IMG/VR virus record: IMGVR_UViG_3300028588_000029 | Location: 1-54,487 of that record | Length of the DNA stretch: 54,487 nt | Strand: one strand, 5' to 3' | DNA from: a virus | Lineage: Duplodnaviria > Caudoviricetes | Part shown: piece after piece, positions 36,875-45,274 of the stretch | Position numbering within the stretch: the first letter of the stretch is position 1 | Layout of the letters: each line of letters begins with the position of its first letter | Translations under genes and position numbers: made by a program | Notes under the pieces: generated by a model | Told to the model about the DNA's origin: nothing | Seen by the model: the letters and a program-made list of their open reading frames with translations, nothing else | Databases searched by the model: none

Positions 36875-37042
36875 ATGGCCACGTACACCGAGCGCGTCCA
36901 GGTGATGCTCGACCCCCACACCGCCCATCTGCTCGAGGAAGAGCGGAACCATCGCGGCGTGCGCGGGGCCTCGATCGCGGCGCGCGAGGTGCTCAGCGAG
37001 GCCCTCGAGAACCTTCGGCGCGAGCGCGAGGCCGCCGAGTGA
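36875..37042 (+). CDS. Putative ribbon-helix-helix DNA-binding protein
   Basis: 55 aa; alternating strand ERVQVMLD followed by two predicted helices; GAGGAG RBS. Confidence 0.6.
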   Translation: MATYTERVQVMLDPHTAHLLEEERNHRGVRGASIAAREVLSEALENLRREREAAE

Positions 37043-37290
37043 GCGACCTGCAGCCGGCGTGCGCCGATGCCCCGGACCCGGAGATCTTCTTCCCGGAGGG
37101 GCGCAAGGACAAGGTGGCCATCGCGACGTACAAGGCCACCAGCTACTGCGCGCGATGCCCCGTCGTGGAGTCGTGCCTCGAGATGGCTCTCAAGTCGCGC
37201 GGCGCCCAGGTCGGCATCTTCGGCGGCAAGACGGCTGAGGAACGCGAGAAGATCATCCGCACGCGACGGCGCCGCGCTCGCGCCGTCTGA
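37039..37290 (+). CDS. whiB: WhiB-family transcription factor
   Basis: C...DPEIFFP...CARCPVVESC...GIFGG..AEER with basic tail. Confidence 0.93.
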   Translation: MSDLQPACADAPDPEIFFPEGRKDKVAIATYKATSYCARCPVVESCLEMALKSRGAQVGIFGGKTAEEREKIIRTRRRRARAV

Positions 37291-37297
37291 GCATGGA

Positions 37298-37332
37298 GAA
37301 GGCCCCCCTCGAGATTAGCGAGGGGGGCCTTC
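37298..37332. terminator. Perfect 14-bp hairpin between convergent genes
   Basis: GAAGGCCCCCCTCG-N7-CGAGGGGGGCCTTC. Confidence 0.7.
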
Positions 37333-37388
37333 GGTGTCCCCGACCGAGGGACAGAACCATGAACAGGTCCGCGAGATCGACTCTACGC

Positions 37389-37679
37389 TCAGGTGGCGTT
37401 GGGGTCAAGCTCCTGCTCGGGCTCGACGGGCTGGCCGATGGCGTCGCCCGTCTCGCCAGGCACGCGCTCCCACGTCTCGGTCAGGCGGCCGGACGCGGAT
37501 GCGCCGTTGGGCGTGTCGCCGTAGCCCTCCGAGACCTGGACGGGGGTGCTGTGCTCGCCCAGGACGGCGCGCTTGCCCCAGCCCCGGTGCTCGGCGAGGC
37601 GCACCTTCTCCTCGGAAACGCTGACGGTGTCACCGGGCTTCCCACCGTAGACGGGCTGGTGCAGCTTCAGGTCGACCAT
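37389..37679 (-). CDS. Hypothetical protein
   Basis: AGGAGG RBS; GKPGDTVSV motif. Confidence 0.7.
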   Translation of the reverse strand: MVDLKLHQPVYGGKPGDTVSVSEEKVRLAEHRGWGKRAVLGEHSTPVQVSEGYGDTPNGASASGRLTETWERVPGETGDAIGQPVEPEQELDPNAT

Positions 37680-37682
37680 GTC

Positions 37683-37997
37683 CTACCTCCTCTGCCGACG
37701 CCCAGGGTGGGCCTCTGGCGCTCTCAAGGGCTCAGCGTACTTCCGCCGGGCCTCCTGAGCACGCCGCTGGGTGTCGGCCTGGTGGTGGGCCGAGCAGAGC
37801 CACCTCAGCATCTCGATGCGGTGGTCGTCCCGATCGCCGATGTGGTCGCACTCCGAGCCCTTCGCCGAGCACCGCTGGCCCGCCTCGACCCACTCGCAGA
37901 TCCAGTGCGCGCGGTCGGCCACCTCCAGCCGCAGGGCCCGCCAGTTCGCGGGGAGGTGCTGGCGGCGGTCGCTGCTCTTCCACTTCCCCGACGTCAC
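37683..37997 (-). CDS. HNH endonuclease
   Basis: LPANW...CEW...C...ECDHI...DDH..MLRWLCSAHH. Confidence 0.85.
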   Translation of the reverse strand: MTSGKWKSSDRRQHLPANWRALRLEVADRAHWICEWVEAGQRCSAKGSECDHIGDRDDHRIEMLRWLCSAHHQADTQRRAQEARRKYAEPLRAPEAHPGRRQRR

Positions 37998-38068
37998 GCG
38001 TTGTCCCAGAGCCAGACGACCAGAAAGCCGGCGAGCACACCCACGACGATCTGCAGGCCCGTGCTCAC
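37994..38068 (-). CDS. 24-aa hydrophobic micro-protein
   Basis: VSTGLQIVVGVLAGFLVVWLWDNA; GTGA overlaps on both sides; GGAGG upstream. Confidence 0.5.
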   Translation of the reverse strand: MSTGLQIVVGVLAGFLVVWLWDNA

Positions 38069-38220
38069 AGCGGCCTCCGACGGTCACGGCTGCCGGCGAA
38101 CCACGCGCAGCCGCCCGCGAGCGCGTAGAGCATGGCGGAGGCCGCTGTGGGCTCACCGGCGGTGATCTGGGCCGACGCCCCCTGGAGGGCGAAGATGACG
38201 GCGAATGCCAGCGCGGTCAT
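38065..38220 (-). CDS. Small membrane protein
   Basis: Starts MTALAFAVIF; two hydrophobic segments. Confidence 0.6.
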   Translation of the reverse strand: MTALAFAVIFALQGASAQITAGEPTAASAMLYALAGGCAWFAGSRDRRRPL

Positions 38221-38852
38221 CAGATCGCCTCGCGGATCTCGGTCACGAGCTGGCCGGCCGGGATGTGCTGATCGGGGTAGCACGCCCAGCCGCCCTCGAT
38301 GTCGTTGCGGACCACGCGCACGCCGCAGCGCATCCGGTGCGCGCGCGCCTTCGTCTCGGCCAGGGCCTCGAACTGAGCCTGCGATGACGGCGCCAGGCGG
38401 ATGCGCGTCAGGTCGTCCTCGGGCTCGGTGAGGTTGATCGGCGGCGCGAACGGGTCGGGCGGGATCGGGAGGTTGCCGAGCATCTTCCGCATCGTGGCGA
38501 ACGGGTCGTCGCTGTCCTCGCCGACGTCGCCGCGCATCATCGTCGGGATAGCGTTGAAGCCTTCCCAGCGGATCCAGCGCTCGTTGTCCTCGGGCTCGTC
38601 GGGGTGCCAGTAGTGGATGCGCGCGCGCTGCTCAGGGGGCGTCCTGTACGCCGTGCGGGTCAGCGCGTGCCAGACCGCCAGCGGTAGCGCCCCCACGACC
38701 ACGTAGGAGAGGCCGTCCGCCTCCGCGAATCGCCGGCCGTAGAGGGCTGCGCCGGTGGAGAGCATGTCGACGCGGCCGAGCTTCGCCTCCGGGTGCGCGG
38801 CGCACCACTCCTCAGCCACCTCGCGGTCGGCCGCGATCAGCGCGTACCTCAC
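38220..38852 (-). CDS. Hypothetical protein
   Basis: GTG start overlapping previous stop. Confidence 0.65.
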   Translation of the reverse strand: MRYALIAADREVAEEWCAAHPEAKLGRVDMLSTGAALYGRRFAEADGLSYVVVGALPLAVWHALTRTAYRTPPEQRARIHYWHPDEPEDNERWIRWEGFNAIPTMMRGDVGEDSDDPFATMRKMLGNLPIPPDPFAPPINLTEPEDDLTRIRLAPSSQAQFEALAETKARAHRMRCGVRVVRNDIEGGWACYPDQHIPAGQLVTEIREAI

Positions 38853-39154
38853 GGCGTCACCAGCCGCAGCGGTGTCTCGGTCGCCTGCTTCTCGAACTGC
38901 TCCCATGTCATTCTCCTCCCGTTGCCCTGCTCGAACCATGCGTAGAGCTCCTCGCTGGCGTACTTCTCCACGCGGGAGAAGGGGCCGTAGAAGAGCGATC
39001 GGGCGTCGATGCCCTTGGTGCGGCCGAGTCGGTTCAGCAGCACCCCGTTGAGGTCGGTCTCGGCCGCCCCGTACATCGCGTCCAGGTAGGCCGCGAACTC
39101 GAGCCGGAGCTGGCGGTACGCGACCTGGAAGGCCTCCCACAGTGGGCCGGTCAC
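38849..39154 (-). CDS. Hypothetical protein
   Basis: GIDARSLFYGP...YASEEL..WF motif; GTGA overlap. Confidence 0.65.
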   Translation of the reverse strand: MTGPLWEAFQVAYRQLRLEFAAYLDAMYGAAETDLNGVLLNRLGRTKGIDARSLFYGPFSRVEKYASEELYAWFEQGNGRRMTWEQFEKQATETPLRLVTP

Positions 39155-39384
39155 TGGTGGATCCCGCGCTCGACGTCGTGCGTGAAGAGGTGCGCGGCGG
39201 CGTCGCTCATGTCGTGGTCGTGCATGATCGCGATCGTGCCGGTGCCGCGCACGCGGCCGATGCCGGCGCGGATCTCCACATCGATCATCTCCCCGCAGAA
39301 CGGGCACGGCGGCAGCGGGATCTTGCCCACGACCTCGAGCGGCCGGACGACCTCGACCTCCATCTCACCGCTGCCGTCGGCCAT
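39151..39384 (-). CDS. Hypothetical protein with CPFC motif
   Basis: CxxC plus His cluster; start uncertain. Confidence 0.6.
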   Translation of the reverse strand: MADGSGEMEVEVVRPLEVVGKIPLPPCPFCGEMIDVEIRAGIGRVRGTGTIAIMHDHDMSDAAAHLFTHDVERGIHQ

Positions 39385-39580
39385 CGAACACCCCGATCCG
39401 CTTGAGCTTGGCGCGGAAGTTCTTGACGCCGCGCCGGTCGGACAGGCCCCAGTGGGTCGAGGCGACGCCGTCGTCCTCGCCCTTCCCGTACACGATCACG
39501 CCGTCGTGCGAGTGCCGGGTGCGGAATCCGAGCCGCTCCGCCTCGCGCACGAGGGCGACGATCTCCTTGTTACGTCCCAC
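39365..39580 (-). CDS. HicA-like small protein
   Basis: 71 aa; AERLGF...SDRRGVKNFRAKLKRIG fits the HicA-like pattern; canonical GSH is not exact. Confidence 0.55.
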   Translation of the reverse strand: MGRNKEIVALVREAERLGFRTRHSHDGVIVYGKGEDDGVASTHWGLSDRRGVKNFRAKLKRIGVFDGRRQR

Positions 39581-39884
39581 GCTTGATCTCCTTCACTGCC
39601 TCGGTGACTCCTACGACCTGGATGGTCTCGCCGGTCGGCTTGATCCACCCCGTGTCGGCCGCCCACGCCGACGTCGGCTTCGGCCGGCGCCAGAAGCACG
39701 CGACCTTCCGCCCTTCGAGCTGGGCCATGACTCCGATCATGTCCGAGCCGTCCTCGGCCCCGGAGTCGGTCACGATGTACTCGACCCCCAGCCCCTTCAC
39801 GAGCTTCGCCACCCGGCCGGGGCCGAGCGGGAGGAGGTCGTGGAACTGCTCCGGGACGATCCGCGCGCGGCGGATCTCAGCCAT
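39570..39884 (-). CDS. Hypothetical protein
   Basis: Overlapping operon arrangement. Confidence 0.65.
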   Translation of the reverse strand: MAEIRRARIVPEQFHDLLPLGPGRVAKLVKGLGVEYIVTDSGAEDGSDMIGVMAQLEGRKVACFWRRPKPTSAWAADTGWIKPTGETIQVVGVTEAVKEIKRGT

Positions 39885-40134
39885 CGTCGTCCTCGTCGCG
39901 GGCGTACTGCATGTCCTCGATGTCGCTGACGCCCTCCGTCAGGAGGCCCTTCGCCTGGTACGGCAGCATCGGGGAGTAGAGCGCGAGCGTCCACCCGTCC
40001 ATGCCGTCGTCGCCGAAGGTGCGGATCTCGTACGCGAGGGCGAAGTTGGTGACGTGCTGGCCGTCCTCCACCAGCTTCTGCAGGGACGCGAGGATCTCTT
40101 CCTTCACGTCGTCGAGCAGCTTCTCATCAGCCAC
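39877..40134 (-). CDS. Hypothetical acidic protein
   Basis: AGGAGG RBS; PYQAKGLL motif. Confidence 0.65.
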   Translation of the reverse strand: MADEKLLDDVKEEILASLQKLVEDGQHVTNFALAYEIRTFGDDGMDGWTLALYSPMLPYQAKGLLTEGVSDIEDMQYARDEDDDG

Positions 40135-40717
40135 GGGCGCTGACCTCCTTCACGATCTCGAGGACCCCCCGCAGGGAGCGGACAGGCTTGTCCTGGCCGA
40201 CGGACGTGCCGTAGACGTAGAACGGGGTCGAGAGCACCATGCGGTTGTTCTCGAGGTGGTAGTCGTCGCCGCCCGACGTCGACATGCGGTAGTGCTGGCG
40301 GGCGGCGTGGTGGCTCACGATGGCGTGGGCCAGGCGGGGACTCTGGAAGGCGAACACGAACCACTTGGGCTTCATCGTCCAGAGCCACCAGATGGCGGCG
40401 GCGTGGTGGTAGGGCCGGCGGCTCTGGTCACGGCAGCGGTGGAACTCGTCCATCGTGTACTCCCCGACCGTGGCCAGGTCGCCGTAGACGAGCTCGTCCT
40501 CGCGCCGCAGGAGGGCCAGCAGGCCGTCGATCCCGCCCGTGGCCGACTTCGCCATCATCTGGCCGGCGTGGACGTCGAACTCCATGCCCTCGGGGGCGGA
40601 GGGCCACGCCTCCGGGCGCCCCGGGGACGGCCCCACGCCGAGCGTCGGGCCGGGCAGGACACTGCTCAGCGCGCGCTCGAAGGAGCCGTCCCCGGGGAAC
40701 AGCGTGACGACCTTCAC
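40127..40717 (-). CDS. Hypothetical protein
   Basis: GTG start overlapping previous stop. Confidence 0.65.
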   Translation of the reverse strand: MKVVTLFPGDGSFERALSSVLPGPTLGVGPSPGRPEAWPSAPEGMEFDVHAGQMMAKSATGGIDGLLALLRREDELVYGDLATVGEYTMDEFHRCRDQSRRPYHHAAAIWWLWTMKPKWFVFAFQSPRLAHAIVSHHAARQHYRMSTSGGDDYHLENNRMVLSTPFYVYGTSVGQDKPVRSLRGVLEIVKEVSARG

Positions 40718-40854
40718 GGGTTGGCCGCCGCGCGGACGCACTCGCGGTGGGCGACGACGCCGGGACGGACCCGCATGACGACGTCGGCGGGCGTGACTGC
40801 GCAGCGGCAGTGGTCGCAGACGGGGGGCGGGGAGGCGGCGGGTTCGATCTTCAC
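40714..40854 (-). CDS. Small Cys/His (zinc-finger-like) protein
   Basis: CDHC...HREC; GTGA overlaps. Confidence 0.55.
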   Translation of the reverse strand: MKIEPAASPPPVCDHCRCAVTPADVVMRVRPGVVAHRECVRAAANP

Positions 40855-41963
40855 GAGAGGAGCTCCTTCACGATGCGGTGGGCGAGTAGCGGCGGGACGG
40901 CGTCGCCGACCTGCTGCCACTGCGAGGACTTGGACCCCTGCCACGGGTAGTCGGCGGGGAAGGTCTGCAGGATCGAGGCCTGCGGGAGGGTGATGCGCAC
41001 GGAGCCCTTCGCCTTCTGGCGGGGACCGTCGCCGGGCCGGCGCCACGCGGGCATCGCCACGACGTCGGGGGAGAAGGTGCCCACGATCGTGGGCGAGGGG
41101 CGCTCCATCGGCCAGGTCGGGATCTCCGGCTCGCCGTTGGCGGGCTCGGGCACCCAGTCGGCGCCGAGCGCCGTGGCCATGCTGGTCCACTTCTCCACGC
41201 CGGCGTCGAGCTGGGCCGGCGCGTGCCGGTGGTAGCGCGAGTGGGTCGGGGTCGGCAGGGCGGCGGCGACGCCGTCGCGACGGGCCACGAGGATCGCACG
41301 ACGGCGAGCCTGCGGGACGCCGTAGCGCTCGGAGTCCAGCACGCCGGTGCGCACCGAGTAGCCCAGGCGGCGCAGCACATCGGCGTAGGCCTCCCAGATC
41401 GGCAGCACCGCGATGACCTGCTCCAGCGCGATGCGCTCGGGCATCAGCGTGACGATGTACCGCAGCGGCTCGAGCACGAGGATCGAGCGCGCGTCGTTCA
41501 TCTTGCCGCGCAGGTACTCGAGGCCGATCGGGAACCGCTCGGGGCGGTCGAGGTCGGCGATCGCCCGGATCAGGAGCTCGGAGTCCAGGCGCCCCAGCCC
41601 CTTGCCGGCGAGCGTGAAGCCCTTGCAGGGCGGGGAACCGATGAAGAGGCGCACGGGCAGCCGTCGGCTCTTGCTGTGGGCCACCCGGAGCACCGGGTGC
41701 GCTCCCGTGGTCTCGCCACCCTTGCCCAGCGGGGCGTCGAGGTGGTCGCCGTCCCGGATGCGCGCGACGGTGAGCGAGTCGACCAGCGCGAGCGGGTCCA
41801 CCTGGGTCATGTCGGCGAGCACCCGGAGGTGGCCGGCCGCGCGCGCCGTCGCGGTGGCGTCGCGGCCGAACTCGACGCCGATCGCGTGCACGCCGAGGCG
41901 GCGCAGGCCTTGACCCCAGCCCCCAGGGCCTGCGCACACCTCGATGTCGACGCAGTCGCTCAT
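40851..41963 (-). CDS. DNA (cytosine-5) methyltransferase
   Basis: Motif I CAGPGG, IV SPPC, VI EQV, VIII GVPQARRR, X QVGDAVPP. Confidence 0.92.
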   Translation of the reverse strand: MSDCVDIEVCAGPGGWGQGLRRLGVHAIGVEFGRDATATARAAGHLRVLADMTQVDPLALVDSLTVARIRDGDHLDAPLGKGGETTGAHPVLRVAHSKSRRLPVRLFIGSPPCKGFTLAGKGLGRLDSELLIRAIADLDRPERFPIGLEYLRGKMNDARSILVLEPLRYIVTLMPERIALEQVIAVLPIWEAYADVLRRLGYSVRTGVLDSERYGVPQARRRAILVARRDGVAAALPTPTHSRYHRHAPAQLDAGVEKWTSMATALGADWVPEPANGEPEIPTWPMERPSPTIVGTFSPDVVAMPAWRRPGDGPRQKAKGSVRITLPQASILQTFPADYPWQGSKSSQWQQVGDAVPPLLAHRIVKELLS

Positions 41964-42274
41964 GCGTCGCCTCGGAGGCGGGACTCGAGGTGGCGCGGGC
42001 GGACGTAGAAGCGCTCGCGCCGCCTCGCGATCCGCTTGAGCCCGACGATGACCTCGTAGCCGAACGCCAACAGGTGCACCCGGCGGTGGTCATCGTCGGC
42101 CAGGTGGGAAAGTCCCCACCGAGGGTCGATCTGACGCGTACCGACCATGGCGAACAGGATCGAGTGCCGCGTCAGGATGTCCGGGGCGACGATCCACCCC
42201 GGCTGGCGCCCGGCCACGCCGGCGAGGTACGCCAGGCGGCCGGGGATGATGTCAACAACCCGCTGCCGAGTCAT
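41960..42274 (-). CDS. Hypothetical protein
   Basis: ATGA overlaps at both ends. Confidence 0.6.
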   Translation of the reverse strand: MTRQRVVDIIPGRLAYLAGVAGRQPGWIVAPDILTRHSILFAMVGTRQIDPRWGLSHLADDDHRRVHLLAFGYEVIVGLKRIARRRERFYVRPRHLESRLRGDA

Positions 42275-42651
42275 GCGCCGTTGAGGGTCAGGCGGTCGAG
42301 CTGCGGCAGCGTGAGGGTCACGCCGCCGTCGGCGTCGGGCATGAGCGCGTCGACCCGCTGGAGGGCCTTCGCCTTCGCGGCCAGGATCTCCTCGACCTTG
42401 GCCTCGAAGTTGCGCACCGTCCGGTACGGCTGGCGCGGCTTGTCCGGCGAGGTGTAGGTGTCGATCTCGGCGCCGGCCATCACGGCGTGCCTCTGGTCGT
42501 TCAGCCAGTCGAGGGCGGCCTCCCTGTACTTCGCCGCCTCGACGTCCCCGTTCCAGTCGCGCGCGGCCTCGTAATCGGCCGTGGCGATGGCGAGCTTCTC
42601 GTCGAAGCGCTCCTCGACGACGGCGCGCAGCGCGCTCTTCTCGTAGCGCAT
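42271..42651 (-). CDS. Hypothetical protein
   Basis: Starts MRYEKS; TGATG coupling. Confidence 0.65.
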   Translation of the reverse strand: MRYEKSALRAVVEERFDEKLAIATADYEAARDWNGDVEAAKYREAALDWLNDQRHAVMAGAEIDTYTSPDKPRQPYRTVRNFEAKVEEILAAKAKALQRVDALMPDADGGVTLTLPQLDRLTLNGA

Positions 42652-43544
42652 CAGACGCCGGTGCCGACGTAGATGGTCCGGGGCAGCGCGCAGATGTCGG
42701 CCATCGCAGCCGCCGCCCTGTCCGTCTCGATCATGTTCACGGCCACGGGGTCCGAGAACCGGACCTGGCTGAACCGGTCGACGGGGCACATCGTCTCGGG
42801 CAGCGTGCCGATGCTCACGTAGGAGGCCGGCTTCACCTCAGGGCCGCCGCGCCGCTCGTCGGCGCCGGGGTTGCGAGCCTGCCAGAGGGGCTCGACCGTG
42901 ACCTCGACGACGGCGTAGGCGCCGCGCTTGATCTGGAGCTTGGTGGCCTCGGTCAGGAACCGGACGCGGAAGGCCTCGGCGCGGTCGAAGTCGTCGCCCT
43001 CGTAGATGACCTCGCTGGTGCGCTCGACCCAGCCCTTGGACGTGTGGCGGCCGGGCGTCTCGATCACGGTGCGGACGCGGGTCGCGCCGACGTGGCGCTG
43101 CAGCCAGTTGAGCTGGCCGCGCAGAGCGTCGTTCTCGCGGCTCCGGGCGGAGCGTTCCTCACCGGCGGCCTTGCGAGCGGCGTCGCGCTGCTCGGTCAGG
43201 AGGTCGTTGGCCTTCCGGGCAGTCCTGAGCTGGCGGCCGAGCTCCTCGACGGTGGCCTGGAGTCGCTCGATTCGCCGCTTCGCGGCCTGGTAGCGCTCGC
43301 TCAGGCTGCGGATGGTGGCGCGAGCGCGGCGGCCGGAGATCCGCATCTTCTCGATGAGGCGGTCCTGCTCGCGCGCTCGCTCGGCGTCGGTGTAGCGGAG
43401 CTCGCGCAAGGTGTTCTCGGCGTGGCGGGAGCGGTCGTCGGACGCGGTGAGGCGGCGCTTGAAGGTGCGCCGCTGGAGGGCGAGGGCCGTCAGGTAGGCG
43501 ATCACGAGGACGATGATGAACAGGGTGTATGCCCAGTCAGGCAT
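42651..43544 (-). CDS. Membrane-anchored coiled-coil protein
   Basis: N-terminal TM helix followed by long coiled coil. Confidence 0.7.
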   Translation of the reverse strand: MPDWAYTLFIIVLVIAYLTALALQRRTFKRRLTASDDRSRHAENTLRELRYTDAERAREQDRLIEKMRISGRRARATIRSLSERYQAAKRRIERLQATVEELGRQLRTARKANDLLTEQRDAARKAAGEERSARSRENDALRGQLNWLQRHVGATRVRTVIETPGRHTSKGWVERTSEVIYEGDDFDRAEAFRVRFLTEATKLQIKRGAYAVVEVTVEPLWQARNPGADERRGGPEVKPASYVSIGTLPETMCPVDRFSQVRFSDPVAVNMIETDRAAAAMADICALPRTIYVGTGV

Positions 43545-43582
43545 GGTGGGGCTCCGATCGGTCGGGGGGTGGTGTGGGATTC

Positions 43583-43611
43583 ATACTATGGAAGTGTGAG
43601 CGATCGCGCAA
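43583..43611 (-). promoter_or_regulatory. Housekeeping-sigma-like promoter
   Basis: TTGCGC-N17-TAGTAT on the - strand. Confidence 0.6.
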
Positions 43612-43702
43612 CCTCAGCGGATGGCGCGCCTCACCAGGAGGCGCAGCAGCACCGGCATGGGCAGCGTCGGGTACTCGGCGCGGATCTCGAGAGCGCGGCG
43701 AA

Positions 43703-44431
43703 TCACTCGGGGACCGTGATGCCGCCGGCCGCGATGATGGCGTCGAGGGCGGCGATCCCCAGGTCGGTCACGCCGTGTCGCGAGAGCTGCTCGGCGATCG
43801 AGTTGCGGCGCCGCGCGATGTCGAAGTCCTCCAGCTCGGCAAGGCGCGCCTCCATGGCGTCGGCCATCGCCGCCCAGCGGTGCGCCTTCTGGCGGGCGCG
43901 GTCGATGTCGTGCTGGTTCAGGTTCGTGACGTCCTGGCCGTGCTCGTCGCGGCCGATCACACGCCAGATGTCGCTCGGGCGGCCGGAGGGCAGCTCGACG
44001 TTGAGGAACTCGACCCTGACGGGGAGGCCGGCCGTGGGCGCCTTCTCCGGGAAGAGCTTGTCGAGGGTGGCGCGCAGCTCGTTGGCGTCCAGGGCGAAGC
44101 GGGCGACGGCCCGCGCGCCGTCGTGCACCACGACCGCCAGCGCCGGCTTGTCGCTGTAGCTGTCAGGCTCGGCCTCCACGCTCCAGCCGAGAGAGCCAAC
44201 GAGATTCGTCAGCTTCACAGCCTTCTCGCTCCGCGTCGGCCGCGCGTCGGGCAGCTCCTCCGCCACGGCCTGACGGAGGTCGTCGAGGTTGACGATGATG
44301 CCGGTCGGTTCGAGCGCCTTCTGGCGGGCCGTCCCCTCGATGACGAGGTGGACCCGCTCCCCGGCTGCCTTGACGGTCAGGGTGCGGGCGTCGATGTGGG
44401 GGCCGTTGGCCTGGTCGATCTTCGTGGTCAT
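43703..44431 (-). CDS. Hypothetical protein
   Basis: 242-aa ORF with coding-like codons. Confidence 0.7.
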   Translation of the reverse strand: MTTKIDQANGPHIDARTLTVKAAGERVHLVIEGTARQKALEPTGIIVNLDDLRQAVAEELPDARPTRSEKAVKLTNLVGSLGWSVEAEPDSYSDKPALAVVVHDGARAVARFALDANELRATLDKLFPEKAPTAGLPVRVEFLNVELPSGRPSDIWRVIGRDEHGQDVTNLNQHDIDRARQKAHRWAAMADAMEARLAELEDFDIARRRNSIAEQLSRHGVTDLGIAALDAIIAAGGITVPE

Positions 44432-44440
44432 GTCGGGGAC

Positions 44441-44530
44441 CTACTTTCTGCGGTAGCGGATGGAAAAGATGGCGGCGGCCGGGAGGACGCCGAAGAGGAT
44501 CACGATGGCCAGCCAGCCGTCGGCGGTCAT
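44441..44530 (-). CDS. 29-aa membrane micro-protein
   Basis: MTADGWLAIVILFGVLPAAAIFSIRYRRK; ATGA overlap. Confidence 0.55.
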   Translation of the reverse strand: MTADGWLAIVILFGVLPAAAIFSIRYRRK

Positions 44531-44904
44531 GCCCAGGCCAGCGCGCGGGTGCGGACCTTGCGGCTCAGGAACACGGGGTCGAGCACGACGTCGTACTGCA
44601 TGGTCTCGGGGATGACGTCGTGGGTCAGGAGGCGGCGCACGAGCTCGTCGGTGATGCGCTCGACGGCGGCCCGGTTCGTCGCGACCTCGTCTGCGATGGC
44701 CATCGACTGGCCGAGCTGGCGGAGCGGGCGGATGTGACCGTAGGTGGTGGAGCCCCAGCGCAGGAGGTTGTAGGTCACCCACTCGAGCTCCCACGGCTTG
44801 CCCTCGAGCACGAAGGCGGCGTTGAGGACGTCCCCCCTGCTGAGGTCGACCTGGTTCGTCTCGCCGACGAACGGGCCGTCGAGGAACTTCACGGGGCGCT
44901 TCAC
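44527..44904 (-). CDS. Hypothetical protein
   Basis: FLDGPFVG motif; GTGA overlap. Confidence 0.65.
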   Translation of the reverse strand: MKRPVKFLDGPFVGETNQVDLSRGDVLNAAFVLEGKPWELEWVTYNLLRWGSTTYGHIRPLRQLGQSMAIADEVATNRAAVERITDELVRRLLTHDVIPETMQYDVVLDPVFLSRKVRTRALAWA

Positions 44905-45113
44905 GACTTCGGCTCCCGCTTCCGCGCGACGGTGAGCTTGCGCTGGGCCTTGCACCAGGCGACGGCGTCGGCGTGCAGGTAGACGGCGCCCATCCGGAGG
45001 GTGGCCACCGGCTTCGGGGCGCCCGGCTTCTGCAGGTAGCGCCAGATGGTGTGCGGGTGGATGTCCAGCTCGAGCGCGATGTCGCGCTGGCCGGCGAGCT
45101 TGGGGATCTTCAC
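44901..45113 (-). CDS. Small HTH DNA-binding protein (AlpA/excisionase-like)
   Basis: LAGQRDIALELDI...PKPVATL..GAVY...VAW; AAGGAG RBS. Confidence 0.7.
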   Translation of the reverse strand: MKIPKLAGQRDIALELDIHPHTIWRYLQKPGAPKPVATLRMGAVYLHADAVAWCKAQRKLTVARKREPKS

Positions 45114-45274
45114 GGGGTCTCCTTCTGTGCTGCCGCGCGGGCGGCCATGCTGCGGATGAGGTGGACGATTTCGGGGTCGCGACGGACCCCGGAGCCGTCG
45201 ATGATGAGGCAGTCCTCGCCGGGCTCGGCGAAGCACGTTCCGCACTCGACGTCGTGCGCGATGGTGTCGGCCAT
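45110..45274 (-). CDS. Small zinc-finger-like protein
   Basis: CGTCFAEPGEDC...VHLIR. Confidence 0.6.
   Translation of the reverse strand: MADTIAHDVECGTCFAEPGEDCLIIDGSGVRRDPEIVHLIRSMAARAAAQKETP

Noticed and set aside
37358-38165. + strand ORF starting after CCCCGACCGAGGGACAGAACC-ATG
   Set aside because: Antisense to the HNH gene and its neighbours, directly downstream of a terminator hairpin, with no protein-like features
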